A DNA stretch of 64,000 nucleotides from Octopus vulgaris (Eukaryota). This document shows, piece after piece, positions 1-14,665 of this stretch. The stretch's first letter is position 1; each line of letters opens with the position of its first letter. Under the pieces are notes generated by a model. The model was not told the DNA's origin, did not search any database, and worked only from the letters and a program-made list of their open reading frames with translations. Location: contig OX597820.1 of assembly GCA_951406725.2 (NCBI GenBank), positions 34,162,001-34,226,000 on the forward strand, given 5' to 3'. The position numbers were made by a program, and so were the translations under genes.

Positions 1-38
1 TTTCGCCCGGCGTGCTAACGAAGCTGCCAGCTCGCTGC

Positions 39-40
<2 letters not shown>

Positions 41-121
<81 letters not shown>

Positions 122-178
122 AATAATGGTAATAATAATAATAATAATAATTATTATTATTATTAAAATAATAATAAT
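41..178. repeat. Compound (ATA)n/(ATG)n trinucleotide microsatellite
   Basis: Direct reading; explains the poly-I/poly-M ORF. Confidence 0.95.
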
Positions 179-2667
179 TTCTTTACTGACCACAATAATA
201 ATAATCTTAAAGCTCATAAGCGATCACTTTGGTTAACGAAAACAGTCTAATATTGTGGGATATAAGCTCTCAACGAAAAAATATGGGAATCGAACCACAT
301 CTCATACAATCGCGATAAGTGTGCTAACCGATTGCAGCAACCTACCCACTTTAAACTTATAATTATTATTTGCAGAATATGCATGTGTGTGTGCACAGAT
401 ATATACTTACATACGTACAATATATATCATATTACATATAGTGTTAGTTAGATGCAGTATCGGACCAGATTTACATAAGAACGATATACAGAATTTTTGT
501 TTTTCGTTTGTTTGTTTGTTTGTTTTTTTTTTTGTTTTTTTTTTGCTAAGAGTTGGTGATGTGGGATAGAAGCCTTCAAACTACTCTCGCATTATTTGCA
601 ATCGATATCGATTAGTCAAGCAATCAATCAAATTACTCAGACATAAAGCGTATATATGTTAACCACATACATTCTCATACACACATATAGATAGATAGAT
701 TTAGATATATGCGAACATGTAGATGTATATATATGTATATATATATATATATATTAAAATTAGGGGTTGTTTGGTGAAGCATTACACACACAGCACATAC
801 ATAAAGACGTAAATACATACGTACGTGTATTTATATACGTGTGCAAATGAGAAATTTTTATAGGGCGGGAAATTAGCATTAACAGTAATGACAAGCAAAA
901 TTCTTTGCAAAATTTATTTACGGCTTTTCAATCGAAGTTCAAATCCTACTGATACCAACTTTGTTGCTTTTTCCTTCCGGGTTCTCTAAAATAAAATACC
1001 AGCCAAGTACCATGTTGGAATTAATCGACATTTTGCCCCACCATCATACTTACGAGGCCTCGTGCTTACATCAGAAATTCATACTTATCTGAGCGTACCG
1101 TAGCTGTTTGATGTGTTGTGTATGTATATACACACACACACTTACATAGAAAGATATGTGAAATGTTTATATATGTGCGTATCTATCTATCGATTGGTAA
1201 ATAGATGAGTGTGATAAGTGGGTATATATATAAATAAATCTGATGATTGTACATAAAGATAAATAGATTTTCGTCATCATTTGATGTATATGTGTGTATA
1301 TATGTATTTATTTATATACCTTTCGAAATACATTGGTAAAATATAAACAATACATATATGTATGACTGTGCGTGTACATATGCAAAATATATGTATGTAT
1401 ATACACAGGTGCGTTTTTGTATGTACTTTATATGTAAGTGTGGATTGGTGTGTATATGCGGGCTTCACCTATAGATATATGTTTGACGATCTTTTACTAT
1501 GTTCTTAATTAGTGCCTGTAAATGTTTTAATCACACGTGTTACGTACATCTAAACTCACTCACACGCATGTACTTATACAAGCTTACGAATTTAAACGAC
1601 CTGAATATTCAGTAAACAGTGAAAATGAGACAGGTGAAAAAATTGCGAAAATATGGTCTGCTCGACACGACAGAAGGAAGAATAGCAGAAAATAAAAAAG
1701 GAAGGGGATTGCGAACGTTAACATACGTTTCGGTGATGCTACAAATCTAAATGAAATATATACAAACCGAGATACTAGTGGGATATTAAGTTCTGAAATA
1801 GTGAATAATACTGTTAATAATAATTAAATTATATATATATATATATATATAATATAAAAAGTTAGAGGGTGCTTCTTTTTCGGATTTGTTCTACCGACGA
1901 TGTATATATAAATTGCCACGAGGGAAACAAATGTTAGACAAAATACAAAATGAAACTAAAAAATAGAGGCAATGTTTTCTAATACAGGTACAAGAAAGAT
2001 CAAAGATTTTGAAGAGGGGTACAGTTCAATGAAATCGATTTCCTTAATAATTAATTGGGACAAAGGATGAAAAGCTAACAGACCTCGACGGGGATTGAAC
2101 TAAAGTATAATTAAATATTACAAGGTGGCGAAGGTAAAGTATACGCACACCCGGTGTTTAGGGTTAGTTAGGATTACATCGAAAACGGGTGGTGTGCGTA
2201 TTCTTTATCTCCGCCGTATCTGAACGTTCCGAATTCTGCCACTGCACAGCTTCGTAAAAAAAATAATAATAATAAAATAATGTGGTATTTTTTTTTTGGT
2301 TTTTGGCCACAAAGGCAACGGATAAGGCGGGGAGTATGAGAAAACTAAAATTTCGAAAACGGTAGGGGTTGCGTAAAATCGATTGTAAAACAAATATATA
2401 AATATAAGATAAGCGAAGTAAACAATGATTAAATTAATTATAACAATTACGGTCTCAGTTATTAAATCAATATCTTTTTTAAAAATGTTAGAAATCATCA
2501 TCATTGTTGTTATGAACTGTTATTAATGTAGTTTAATTATATTTCTATAGCATACTCCTCAACGTGAACTCCTTTTGCTTTAATTAATACTCCGATGTCC
2601 ATCCACATAAAAAAAGAAAACAATGACAGAAACAAAAATTATAAGGGTTTATGTATGTTTGACTTAC

Positions 2668-3534
2668 CTGGTTTTCTTCGGGTGCCATGAATACATGGCA
2701 ATGAAAATCACTGTTAAGTTGAGGTCGGGTAAGATAAGCGAAACATCGCGGTTCCTGGTGAGATTCTGCAAACCTCGACACACCTTGTAATTTGTGTTCG
2801 AACACAATAAATTCTTTGGTGTCTGTTTGTAGCGTATTGCTGTCACCTTGACATTCTTGAGACGACAGTGATGGTAGAGCAGCTGTCGACTGAATTGCCG
2901 AAGACGTGGTATTTGTATTAGGGCTCGTGGCTCTGATGTGTTTTGCATGTTCGGAAGAGTCTGCAGAAGAAGTACTCAGGACCTGTACACCCCTGAGACT
3001 TATCTCCCGCACTTCCAGACGAATTTCGCGAAAGCCATCGGTTTTTCTCTTCACTTCGGCCACTACCCATGGCATTACCAAATGTGGAGACGAATATCGC
3101 TTGTCGATGGTAGCCGATCCTAGGTAAAGTACCTCAAAAACTGTTCGATGGTACTGGTTAGTGGCATGACCGCTAGCCACACTATTACTGGTAGACATCT
3201 CTGAAGCTATAGTAGACGTTGGTGTTGATGTCGAGGCCTTGGCGCCAGTATGTGTATGGTGAGTACTAGAAACATTATTACTGTTACTATAACTGCTGTT
3301 GTTATTGTCGTTGTTGTTATTATTATTAATATTGTTGTGATGGCGGTGATGTTGTTGATGTTGGTGTTGATTAGCAGCTGTATTGGGACTATGAGCTGCA
3401 CCGCTTTGATCCGACGAAGCATCAGGGCTCGTCATTAGAGGTGAAGACTCTTCTTCGTCATCCGCTTCTTCCAGAGAATATCTTTCCCCATCCTGCTGCC
3501 CAACGTAGCAGGTTTTTTTACCCGCCAAACTCAT
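2668..3534 (-). CDS. TBC1D1: First coding exon of TBC1 domain family member 1/4 (AS160/pollux-like Rab-GAP): low-complexity N-terminus plus first PTB domain. The gene continues off the left end of the window.
   Basis: ATG at 3534 (MSLAGKKTCY...). Motifs FEVLYLGS..., MPWVVAEVKRK and FEHKLQGVSRFAESHQEPRCFAYL...CHVFMAPEENQ resemble the TBC1D1/4 PTB1 domain (MLPWVVAEVRR...CYVFKA). Canonical donor CAG|GTAAGT at 2668/2667, phase 0. TBC1D1 versus TBC1D4 cannot be resolved; an invertebrate copy may be co-orthologous. Confidence 0.85.
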
Positions 3535-4616
3535 TATAAACGAAGCAGAGGATTGGAAGAATCGACACTCGGGTAGAAGTTTCCTTCGATTATTCTTTTC
3601 TGTCTTCACACATAAGCTTACACATATGCTTCTCACTATCTCCCACTATATATATATATATGTCTTTTCCTTTCGTTTATCTATCTGTCTATCTATCCAT
3701 CTATCTATACGTCTGCCTATCTTTCTATGTACGTCGGTCTGTCTACCTACGCCAGTCTATCTATCTATCCATCTATCTATCTATTTATATACACACATAC
3801 ATACATGTATATAATATAATATATACATACGATTTCTAACTTTTCAGTTTTAGCATAGTCCACCGAGATTTCTTATCCATGTACTGTCCTCTCAATGTAT
3901 GTAAACCTGTTTGTCTATGTGGACGTGTGTACATGTGTGTGTGTGTGTGGATGTGCGTAAATATGTGTATATCGTACATGTGTGTGTGTGTTGTTTGCCT
4001 TTTTCTCTTCACAAATAGGAAAACGATCAGAATGTTTCAACTTTCGATTGCTTGTAAAATCTTTCTTCTTTTCTCTCTCTAGAGAACACCTCTTCTACCG
4101 TCCATTGTGCAGCGACGACTGATGATTCCACTTCACATCTGGCAACAATCTCCGCTACCTGCTTACTACTACTGCTGCTGCTGCTGCTACTATTATTACT
4201 ACTATTACTACTATAAACAGTGTCTAGAGACTGATTGATATCGTAACATTCATACACACTCTGATATATATCGGTGTGTGTGCGTGTGAATGTTTACATT
4301 TAATAGCTTGGAGGATGACTGAATAGAAAGAGCAAGAGGGGCGTGGGAGAGAGAGGGAGATAGACACAGCGGTAAAAGAATAATGAGAGATGGTAGCGTA
4401 AAATAAATAGATAGGTATACTGATATAAGGGGAGTGAGAGTGTGAAAGCGACAAAAATATGTAGTGAGAAAGACAAAATACACAGACACACAAAAACAAA
4501 AGAGAGAGAGAGAGAGAATGGGGGAGGGATAGAAAGAAGCTGATATGTAGACAAAAGGTGAGATAGAAGGATATTGAGGAATTGAAAAGAGAAACAGATA
4601 GATCACACGACCGAAC

Positions 4617-4695
<79 letters not shown>

Positions 4696-4707
4696 GGATA
4701 GATAGAG
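4617..4707. repeat. (GATA)n microsatellite
   Basis: Direct reading. Confidence 0.95.
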
Positions 4708-5034
4708 ATTTGCACAGAAAAGAGAGAGCTTAGCACAGAAGGAAGGGAGAAGTTAATACAGAAGAGAAGAAGAGAAGGACAGGGAAAAATGAAGACCAGC
4801 TGAGAAATAGAGGAATATCGTAACAGAGGGAGGGGGATTAGAAAGAAAGGAAGAACAGAATGTACTTTTCCTCTTCACCCCACTACTACTTCTCTTTATT
4901 CTTTCTCTTTGTCTTCTTTTCTCTGTTTCTCTATCTACCTCGTTCTACAGCTTTTCTCATTTTCCATATTTCAATGCCCCCTTTCCTCCTCTAACAATAG
5001 ATACGTTGGTGCAAACTGTTTGCATATGCAAGTA

Positions 5035-5090
<56 letters not shown>

Positions 5091-5170
5091 TGTGTGTGTG
5101 TGTGTTTCTGTATATACAAATACACAAGCCACTACACACATTTTTCTCTCTCCTTGATTTTTTTGTGTCC

Positions 5171-5206
5171 CTTCCTGTAGAAGAGCGTCGGCTCGAAACG
5201 TAAAAG
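5171..5206 (+). ncRNA. Degenerate minimal hammerhead-like motif in a dispersed Penelope pLTR-like repeat
   Basis: CTGTAGA-A-GAGC(GTCG)GCTC-GAAA-CG-TA-AAAG. The core differs from CUGAnGA at one position. A related copy is at 14284-14319 (-). Confidence 0.4.
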
Positions 5207-5331
5207 ACTTTTTCTATTCCTGAGCGTTATACTAATACATCTGTTTGTTTTGTACACCACCTGTCTTCGTCTTTTGTTGTTTTTTTTCGTAAACTCCCCC
5301 CTATATATATATATATGCATACATACATACA

Positions 5332-6468
<1,137 letters not shown>

Positions 6469-6573
6469 CATGCATACATACACACATTTTATCAATAAAG
6501 CTGCAAAGACATCACAGAATCACAAAAACTGTTACTCAGAGTTTCATGTTCCCGTTCGTGTATATAAATATAC

Positions 6574-6795
6574 ACGAGCCGGATGCTGAAAAGTCCCTGG
6601 CTTTAAATAAAAGAGATATCGGAGGCTCAATTAATTATGATTTTCTTCAACATGTTTCCCTCTCAGATTCACACACATATTGCAGCGGTCCCTCAGTTTT
6701 TCCAAGCCCTGTAAAAGAACTCGGAAGGTTCGACCTCCACCCAGATCTTTCTCGACACCTTTAAAGCCAGGAACTTTTTTGCATCCCACCTTGTA
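6574..6795. mobile_element. About 220 bp mariner-type MITE
   Basis: Imperfect TIRs GGATGCTGAAAAGTCCCTGGCTTTA / TAAAGCCAGGAACTTTTTTGCATCC with TA-rich flanks. Confidence 0.6.
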
Positions 6796-7220
6796 TGTAT
6801 GTATGTATGTATGTATGTATGTATGTATGTATGTATGTATGTATGTATGTATGTATGTACGTATGTATGTATGTACGTATGTACGTATGTATGTATGTAC
6901 GTATGTATGTATGTATGTATGTATGTATGTATGTATGTATGTATGTATGTATGTATGTACGTACGTACGTACGTACGTATGTATGTATGTATGTATGTAT
7001 GTATGTACGTACGTACGTATGGATGTATGTATGTATGTATGTATGTATGTATGTATGTATGTATGGATGTATGGATGTATGTATGTATGTATGTATTGAT
7101 GGATGGATGGATGGATGGATGGATGTATGTATGTATGTATGGATGTATGGATGAATGTATGTATGTATGTACGTACGTATGTATGTATGTATGTATGTAT
7201 GTATGTGTGTATGTATGTAT
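6793..7220. repeat. (TATG)n/(TGGA)n compound tetranucleotide microsatellite
   Basis: Direct reading. Confidence 0.95.
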
Positions 7221-8627
7221 ACATAAATACATGGTAGAAGTGAACTCATAACCGAGTAAGGCCAATTTATAAACTCAGTAAATCTGTCCTAACATTCTGA
7301 GAGTCAAAACAGTTGCTGTGTGTGAATTTCTTTTGAGTAGATAAAGTTTTGCACAGCACTGAACCTATTTTTCAGCGCAACCAGCTTATAAAACCAGCGA
7401 CACAAGAGAGGTTGAGACGACCAGAAACTAATTGCGCTTTTCTTTTAATTATGCAAGTTCGCCTCCTCTTCGGAGGAATTTCTAATGAGAACTAGAGGTA
7501 CTTCACTTACAGTGGTTCACGAACTAGTTAAGCCATAGCTGAGAGCCTTAAAATTTGTTACTACTCCGGGTTAGAGTAGATCTGGGAAGTACAGAATGCA
7601 GTTTAAAGTTATATCCAGGACATACATACATACATACATGCAAGCACATGTGTGTGTGAGTGCATGGGTACGTATTGAAAATTCACTTCTAATATTACAT
7701 AAAAATTATTTCCATGATGTCACAGCCTTAACTGAGCCAGTCGTCAATATTGATTCACCAGTAAACCCCATAATGCTGACAATGCGCGTGGGCTGGAGAG
7801 CTGGATGGCTAGAAGTGAATTCATTTCATGTTACATTTAAACATATGTAAACTCATACGTACATAGTTGCCCCATCTCTTTCTCTTCACACACACACGCG
7901 CACACACACACACACGAGTTCTGAAAGAGACGTGCTTCTGTTAGAGGTCCGCGAAACTTTAAGTCGCATCGAACCGAATCAAGCTGTTTTAAATAATATA
8001 TCTAACTACTACTAAATGTGTTGAGTACCCTTTTCTTTCCTTTATGCACTCACTGATACACACACACACACACATACACATGTATGTGTGTGTGTGTGAG
8101 AGAGAGAAAAAGAGGACCGATTTTTAACCACTGTTTGTTCCCTGGTCTACGCTGATCCGGAGTAGTATGGGGTAACTAGTTTGTTGACAACCGGAAAGGA
8201 AGGACGCCCTAGTTCATGATAGAGCTTCTTTCCAAGAGAAGGTAATCTAGTATATAACTTAGAATAACTTAGAGAGGTTTTGGCCAGTATTGGCCCAGGC
8301 CATGTCTAACTTAGCAAACCTCAAGTGCAGCTGGTCGTCTCAATCTCCGTTGTGTCACTGGTGTTATAGCTGATTGCGCCGAAAAGTGGGTTCGGTGTTG
8401 TGCAACATTTTATCTACTAAAAGAAAATTCTTGCACAGGAACGTCCTGGGCAGTTTTTCATTGGTCTTACTCGGTCACGAATGTACAGTTAGACGTATGG
8501 TTACTAGTGTATGAGTTAGAGTCCATGTAGATTATCATTATCTTATTTAGCTTCTAGTATAGTAGTTGACTAACCACTGCACTTAGCGGTGTTACTAGTT
8601 ATAATATACATACCAATATAATCATTT

Positions 8628-8721
8628 AGTTCTTTCGTATGTTTCGCCATCACAGTTATGGGGAACTCAGCATTCTGAGTACATCTTGAATACCTAACCG
8701 TAATGGATCATCAGGTGAACT
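8628..8721 (-). ncRNA. Decayed type I hammerhead-like motif with long stem II
   Basis: Minus strand AGTTCAC-CTGATGA-TCCATTACGGTTA...TAACTGTGATGGC-GAAA-CATACG-AA-AGAACT. About 12 bp of stem II pair (with G-U), stem I is AGTTC/GAACT, but the cleavage triplet is mutated (GAA). Confidence 0.45.
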
Positions 8722-9166
8722 TTGCATTCTCTGTAAAAGAATGCAGTAAGGATGAGTCTTTATAGTTAGGCAACCAAATTTACTCCGAACATCCAATGCT
8801 GATTTCCTTAAAACTGGAATGGTAAAACGTCAGTAAGAACTAAATGTTTATACTGGTGTTAGATTTCGATGGTGATCTTTTTAATGTTTGTAAATGATTT
8901 TCCACAATAAACTTGCACTTCATTTTAGAAGCACCGACGAAGCTCTACGATGATGCACGAGCACTCAACTCTGAGCATAGTGATTCTTACAGCAGAAACA
9001 ACTGTAGCCTAATGAAGTGTTGATTATATAATTCCTGTTCCTGTTTCCGTTCCATTGTCATTTATTTAATTTTATACATACATACATACATACATACATT
9101 CATGCGTACATGCATGCACGCGCGTGCACACACATCTATGTGTGTGTGTGTGTGTGTATATATATG

Positions 9167-9283
<117 letters not shown>

Positions 9284-9284
9284 G

Positions 9285-9316
<32 letters not shown>

Positions 9317-9989
9317 TATATGTATGTATATATATATATATATGTATGTATATATATATATATGTATGTATATATATATATATGTATGTGTATATTATAT
9401 ATATATATATGTATATATATATGTGTGTATATATATATGTATATATGTGTGTGTGTATGTATTTGTATAATGTTATATTATACATATATATGTACTCTCA
9501 CATACACACGCGCGCACACACACACACAATCGTCCATAAGTCTGATGGGAAGACCAGCTCCTAAAACGTTTTTTGAGCAGTAATATTTTATGTGGTCGGT
9601 CAGAAAGTCGGTCAGAAAGTTACCACTAGTTTCACGTCTATTATTGCTATTAGCAATAGAGGAGCTCCAGGAAAGGTGATGACTGGAAGCACATAACTTC
9701 TTTTCTAATGGAGGTAAATATACAGTCTTTGTTAGGTTAGTGGTGAAAAAAACCCCTGAAACTAACAAACTCTTTTGAAACGAAAAACTCATTCTGCGAG
9801 AGACGGAGTAACGCCCTTTGAACGATTCAAGTTCTGTTTGAAAAGGGTCAGTTTATGTATGTTTTCCACTCACTATTCAGCAAGCAGGGAATACTACATT
9901 TCCAAAATGAATTTTCGATCATGAGGACAGGGCACCAACAACAAACTTCATCAAATATTTTAGGACCCTCGACTTCTCGGCCAAGCAAA

Positions 9990-10960
9990 GTTTACACCGT
10001 CTGCTTCTGTTGAGGTATGACTCAGGCTATTCCAAGAGCTTCCATTTAAACCTGCATTGCGTTCTTTCTTTTTTTAAATGCCATGTGTAGTTGGCCAAAG
10101 ATGTGACACTGCACCTCTCTGGAATCCTAAAACAGAGCCTCTGGTTATTTAGTTGTAACTTAAAGGGCCCTCCGTTCTTCCAACATATTTCCGTGTGTAT
10201 ATTGGTGCTACTGTTATTTTTTTTTCTGCTACAGGTGCTACTTCTGGAGATCAACTCTACTTCATAGACTACGATCTCGGACTTGCATCGACCGCCTACT
10301 GGGCACTCACTGTTAACCCAACATGAGCATCTTGCCTCTGTACAAGGTTTAGGGACGTTCACAAAAGTCTGTTTTACACTGGGCGCATAGCCGAACGAGT
10401 CCCTTAAGTTGGGTCTATCAAATAATCATCCGCACCCATAGAACTGCTTGAAATGCTCATCTACTATCTTAGAAAATCTTTTCCACGTAGGTTTTGATAT
10501 TGAGTGAAAAGGATGGAGTAAACCAAAGGACCTTATGGTGGTGCTTTCTTTTGTGTGTGTTAGATCCCGGTATAAGTGGGATACTTTTCTTAAACCCGCT
10601 GGCTGCCTAAGCCTCGTTGTAATAGAGGAGTTGCAGCGTTCGATAATTCTCTTACTGACATCGTTCATCAGCATTTTGAACACAGTAAGCGAGTAGTAGG
10701 AGGTTCTATTAATATACGATAGCCTTTTAATTGGTTTGCAGTAGGGCCTGTATGAACAGGTACCCATATTGTAACATTAAGACCAAGGGAGCTAACCATG
10801 TGAATTAGGTTCTCCCTAAGCCTTTCCAGGGGGTATTCATTTGCGCCCCTGGAGATGGCTAAAGCGTCATCCATGTATACACCAAACTGAACTAACGGAA
10901 ACCTCTTCGTTAAGATTTCCAGTAGGGAATATTATTCCAAACTTACAGGGAGAAATTCAA
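9990..10960 (-). mobile_element. Decayed Penelope-like element: RT C-terminus, Cys linker and GIY-YIG endonuclease
   Basis: Frameshifted fragments Y(M)DDALAIS, YRPYCKP..LSYINRTSYY, PFHSISKPTWKRFSKIVDEHF, CSCWVNSECPVGGRCKSEIVVYEVEL and TSLANYTWHLKK..FKWKLLE follow the order of PLE pol motifs. Confidence 0.75.
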
Positions 10961-11189
10961 TTTAGAAATACTAAATCAAATTTCACCAAATATAATATAA
11001 ATATATAAATTAGAAACCCCCCCACCTTTTATCAATTCAAGAATGAAAAATTAAATTATGCCATTTAGAAAAATTACATCTTATAGATATATATATGCAT
11101 ACATACACACATTTTATTAATAAAGCTGCAAAGACATCACAAAAACTGTTACTCAGGGTTTCACGTTCCCGTTCGTGCATATAAATATA

Positions 11190-11307
11190 CGTGGAGCTTT
11201 AGGTGTTTTCGCTCAATAAACACACGCAACGCCCGGTCTGGGAACGAAACCGCAATCCTCCGACTGTGAGTCCGCTGCCCTAACCACTGGGCCATAGCGC
11301 CTCCACA
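11190..11307 (-). mobile_element. tRNA-derived SINE family B (head GGAGGCGCAATGGCCCAGTGGTTAG), truncated
   Basis: A-box/B-box-like head; same sequence at 31474, 36950 and 44888. Confidence 0.75.
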
Positions 11308-11749
11308 CCAGTCATTGTAGATGCATTATATTATGTACCAACAAATTTACACAAAAACTTGCAAATATCGGTTTCACAGAGAAAGAGCAAAAGAAACTGA
11401 CACGAATTTTTCAAATCTAATCTATTAATGGGGATAGTGAAAATTTGTAAGACATTCCAAAAATTACTCCATCTGAAATTAGGTGAATAGATGAACACTT
11501 TTGTGTTTATGCACCGACGGTTCAACCAACATACCATCTAAAATACATATGTACAAACACCAGGAACTCTCTTAACTCAAGAAGTCTTGTCGCTTTGTTA
11601 GCCATCGGCTTGAGCTCTCTCCAAGAAGAATTTAAATTAAACCCCCCAAAAATTCATACATATGCGTGGGAGACGCGGACACACATACGCACACGCATAT
11701 ACATGCGCACACAGATACAGAGAAACACTTGCACACACTGACACAATCA

Positions 11750-12152
11750 TGTGTGGTAAGTAGCTTGTTTACCAACCACATGCTTCCGGGTTCAGTCCCG
11801 CTGAGTGGCACCTTGGGCAAGAGTCTTCTACTATAGCCTCGGGCCGACCAAAGCCTTGTGAGTGGATTTGGTAGACGGAAACTGAAAGAAGCCCATCGTA
11901 TATATGTATATGTATATATATATATGATTGTGTGTGTACATGTTTGTGTATCTGTGTTTGTCCCCCCCCCCCCCCAACATCGTTTGACAATTGATGCTGG
12001 TGTGTTTACGTCCCCATAACTTAGGGGTTCGGCGAAAGAGACCGATAGAACAAGTACTAGGCTTACAAAGAATAAGTCCTGGGGTCGATTTGCTCGACTA
12101 AAGGCGGTGCTCCAGCGTGACCATAGTCAAATGACTGAAACAAGTAAAAGAG
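11750..12152 (+). mobile_element. tRNA-derived SINE family A (GTGTGGTAAG...GGGTTCAGTCCC...ACCTTGGGCAAG)
   Basis: Pol III boxes, CORE-like CCTTGGGCAAG, internal microsatellite and conserved tail GACTGAAACAAGTAAAAGA; many copies in the window. Confidence 0.85.
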
Positions 12153-12210
12153 TATACATACATACATACATACATACATACATACATACATACATACATA
12201 CATACATACA

Positions 12211-12239
<29 letters not shown>

Positions 12240-12241
<2 letters not shown>

Positions 12242-12400
12242 GACAGGGTTTCACACAGTTTTCGTCTACCAAGTCACTCACAAGGCACTGGTCGACCTGA
12301 GGCTGCATTAGAAGACACTTGCTCTAATTGTTGTACAGTGGGACTGAACCCGAAACTTTGCAGTTGGAAAGCCAGCCTCTTAACCACATTGCAATGCCTA
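12240..12400 (-). mobile_element. SINE family A, diverged 5' half
   Basis: Reverse-complement similarity to 11750-11900. Confidence 0.65.
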
Positions 12401-12654
12401 AATGTATGTATGTATGTATGTATGTATGTATGTATGTATGTATGTATGTATGTATGTATGTATGCATGCATGCATGCATGTATGTATGTATGTATGTATG
12501 TATGTATGTATGTATGTATGTATGTATGTTGTTTTTAAGTGTTATGTTAACATTTCTTGCCAACGAAGGAAGAGTCGGTTTCTAACCCAGATCTGAGGCT
12601 CGTTCATTGGAATTTTAAAAACATCAGCAGGGTAATTATATATGGTTGTGTGCA

Positions 12655-12882
12655 AAGGCGGCGAGCTGGCAGACACGTTAGCACGCCGGGCGAAATGCTT
12701 AGCGGTATTTCGTCTGTCGTTACGTTCTGAGTTCAAATTCCGCCGAGGTCAACTTTGCCTTTCATCCTTTCGGGGTCGATAAATAAAGTACCAGTTTCGC
12801 ACTGGGGGCGATATAATCGACTCAACCCCTTCGTCTGTCCTTGTTTGTCCCCTCTATGTTTAGCCCCTTGTGGGCAGTAAAG
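12655..12882 (+). mobile_element. SINE family C with Meta-domain-like core (MetaSINE-like)
   Basis: Head AGGCGGCGAGCTGGCAG, B-box GAGTTCAAATTCC, core GCCTTTCATCCTTTCGGGGTCGATAAA..GTACCAG. Confidence 0.75.
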
Positions 12883-13894
12883 AAATATATATATGGTTGT
12901 GTGCATGTGTCCAAGTATCTGGAGTCTGCACATGTGCAGATTTGTTTGTTTTTATTTTGTGTGTTTACTATAACATACAGTTGCATGTCTAGACACGTGC
13001 ATTTATACTTATATGTTAAACTTTTGGAAAGTTACACATATTGTGATAGTTCCATTAATGCATTAATGGATTCTTTCTGCGGCGTTCTAATTAGCTTTCT
13101 CCTTTCTGGTCTTGAGAACCTAAATTTTTCAAGATTGATGCTGAAGCAGTTTGTTACATATCCTAGTGCCTCCAAAATTGCAAGAATAAATCTGAACTTG
13201 TAAACTGGGTGGAGTAACTGTAAATTTTTCAATAGTACACTGAGCATGCATGCATGCATGTATGTATGTATGTATGTATGTATGTATGTATGTATGTATG
13301 TATGTATGTATGTATGTATGTATGTATGTATGTATGTATGTATGCGTGTGCTTTGAACTCTGCTTTTTTCGTTTGTACATCTAAACGCGCATGTGTACGT
13401 GGTTGTTTGAGTTAGATAAAGTGCTTGTTTGTGGCATGTGTTACTGCCTCTCCCACAAATTCTTTTATTGTCTACAATTATTCAGAATTATCTTGGGATT
13501 CGTATCGTGTTTACTGATGATGTAAGGAACAGGCATAGTTGTGTAGTTAAAATGCAACAAGCCAACAAATAGCCTTTACGTGGCCTCTGGTAGATCGCTC
13601 GACCTGCCACAAATAACAGTCACATTTCTCTTAAATAACACCCGGTCGTTTTCAAAACGGAGCGGATTCTTACTGAGTGAAATAGTTGTAGATATGCAAT
13701 ATAAGTAATTAAAATTGCAACTTCTTGTGTGACCCGTAGTTGACAATGGAATACTTAAAATCTAGACTGAGGTGAGGTAAAGTTGGAGCAATGAGAAGAG
13801 AGTGATATTATTATATTTGCTGACATATAACATGCACCACTATTTTACTATGGTATTTTGTGTAAAAGGCAAATTTTGTATGTTTCATCGTGCA

Positions 13895-14030
13895 AGCATA
13901 GCTGATTGGTAAAAAGCTTTCTTCACAATCACATGGTTCCTGGGTCAGTCCCACTGTGTTACACTTTACTATAGCCGACCAAAACCTTGTGAGTGGATTT
14001 AGTAGACGGAAACTGAAAGAAGTCCATCGA
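13895..14030 (+). mobile_element. SINE family A fragment
   Basis: Shares CCTTGTGAGTGGATTT..AGACGGAAACTGAAAGAAG. Confidence 0.65.
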
Positions 14031-14079
<49 letters not shown>

Positions 14080-14145
14080 CGCGCGCGCGCGCTTTTGACG
14101 ACACGGGTATTCTAGTATATGTATGTGTGTGTATGCATGTGTATG

Positions 14146-14192
<47 letters not shown>

Positions 14193-14412
14193 TTGAAATT
14201 TATAGAAAAAAGACGAAGACAAGTGTATGAACAACAGGCAGGTGTATTAGTTTGACGCTCGGGGAAATGAAAAATGAAAATGTCTTTTACGCTTCGAGCA
14301 TACGCTCTTCAACAGAAAGGAATACGAGAAAATAAACAGAGATAGAATGAAAAAACCCTGTGGATTTAGCGGTCAAGCATGGCGACTGGCATATGTGTGT
14401 GTGTGTGTGATA

Positions 14413-14657
14413 TACAATGGTGGCCCAAAAGTAGATTTACAGTTTTCACGTAGGTACTTTAAATTCCTTTTAAAACCTTTTATTACAGTTAAATTTCCAT
14501 CTTACAAACTGAAAAGGGAGCTTGACAAAATTAACTAAATTAGCATAGAATAATGGTTCCCTTTTTTTTGTTTTTATAATTAATATCTAAACTGTTAATA
14601 TATGAATGCGAAAGAGATAGTTGAATAACTGTAAACCTATTTTTGGACCATCCTGTT
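14413..14657. mobile_element. Tc1/mariner-type MITE
   Basis: Imperfect TIRs GGTGGCCCAAAAGTAGATTTACAGTT / AACTGTAAACCTATTTTTGGACCATC. Confidence 0.6.
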
Positions 14658-14665
14658 TATATATG

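Noticed and set aside
3535-3636. N-terminal extension of the 350-aa ORF (and read-through 2584-2667)
   Set aside because: It begins at a non-ATG codon. The first ATG is at 3534, and a canonical donor at 2667 makes the remainder intronic.
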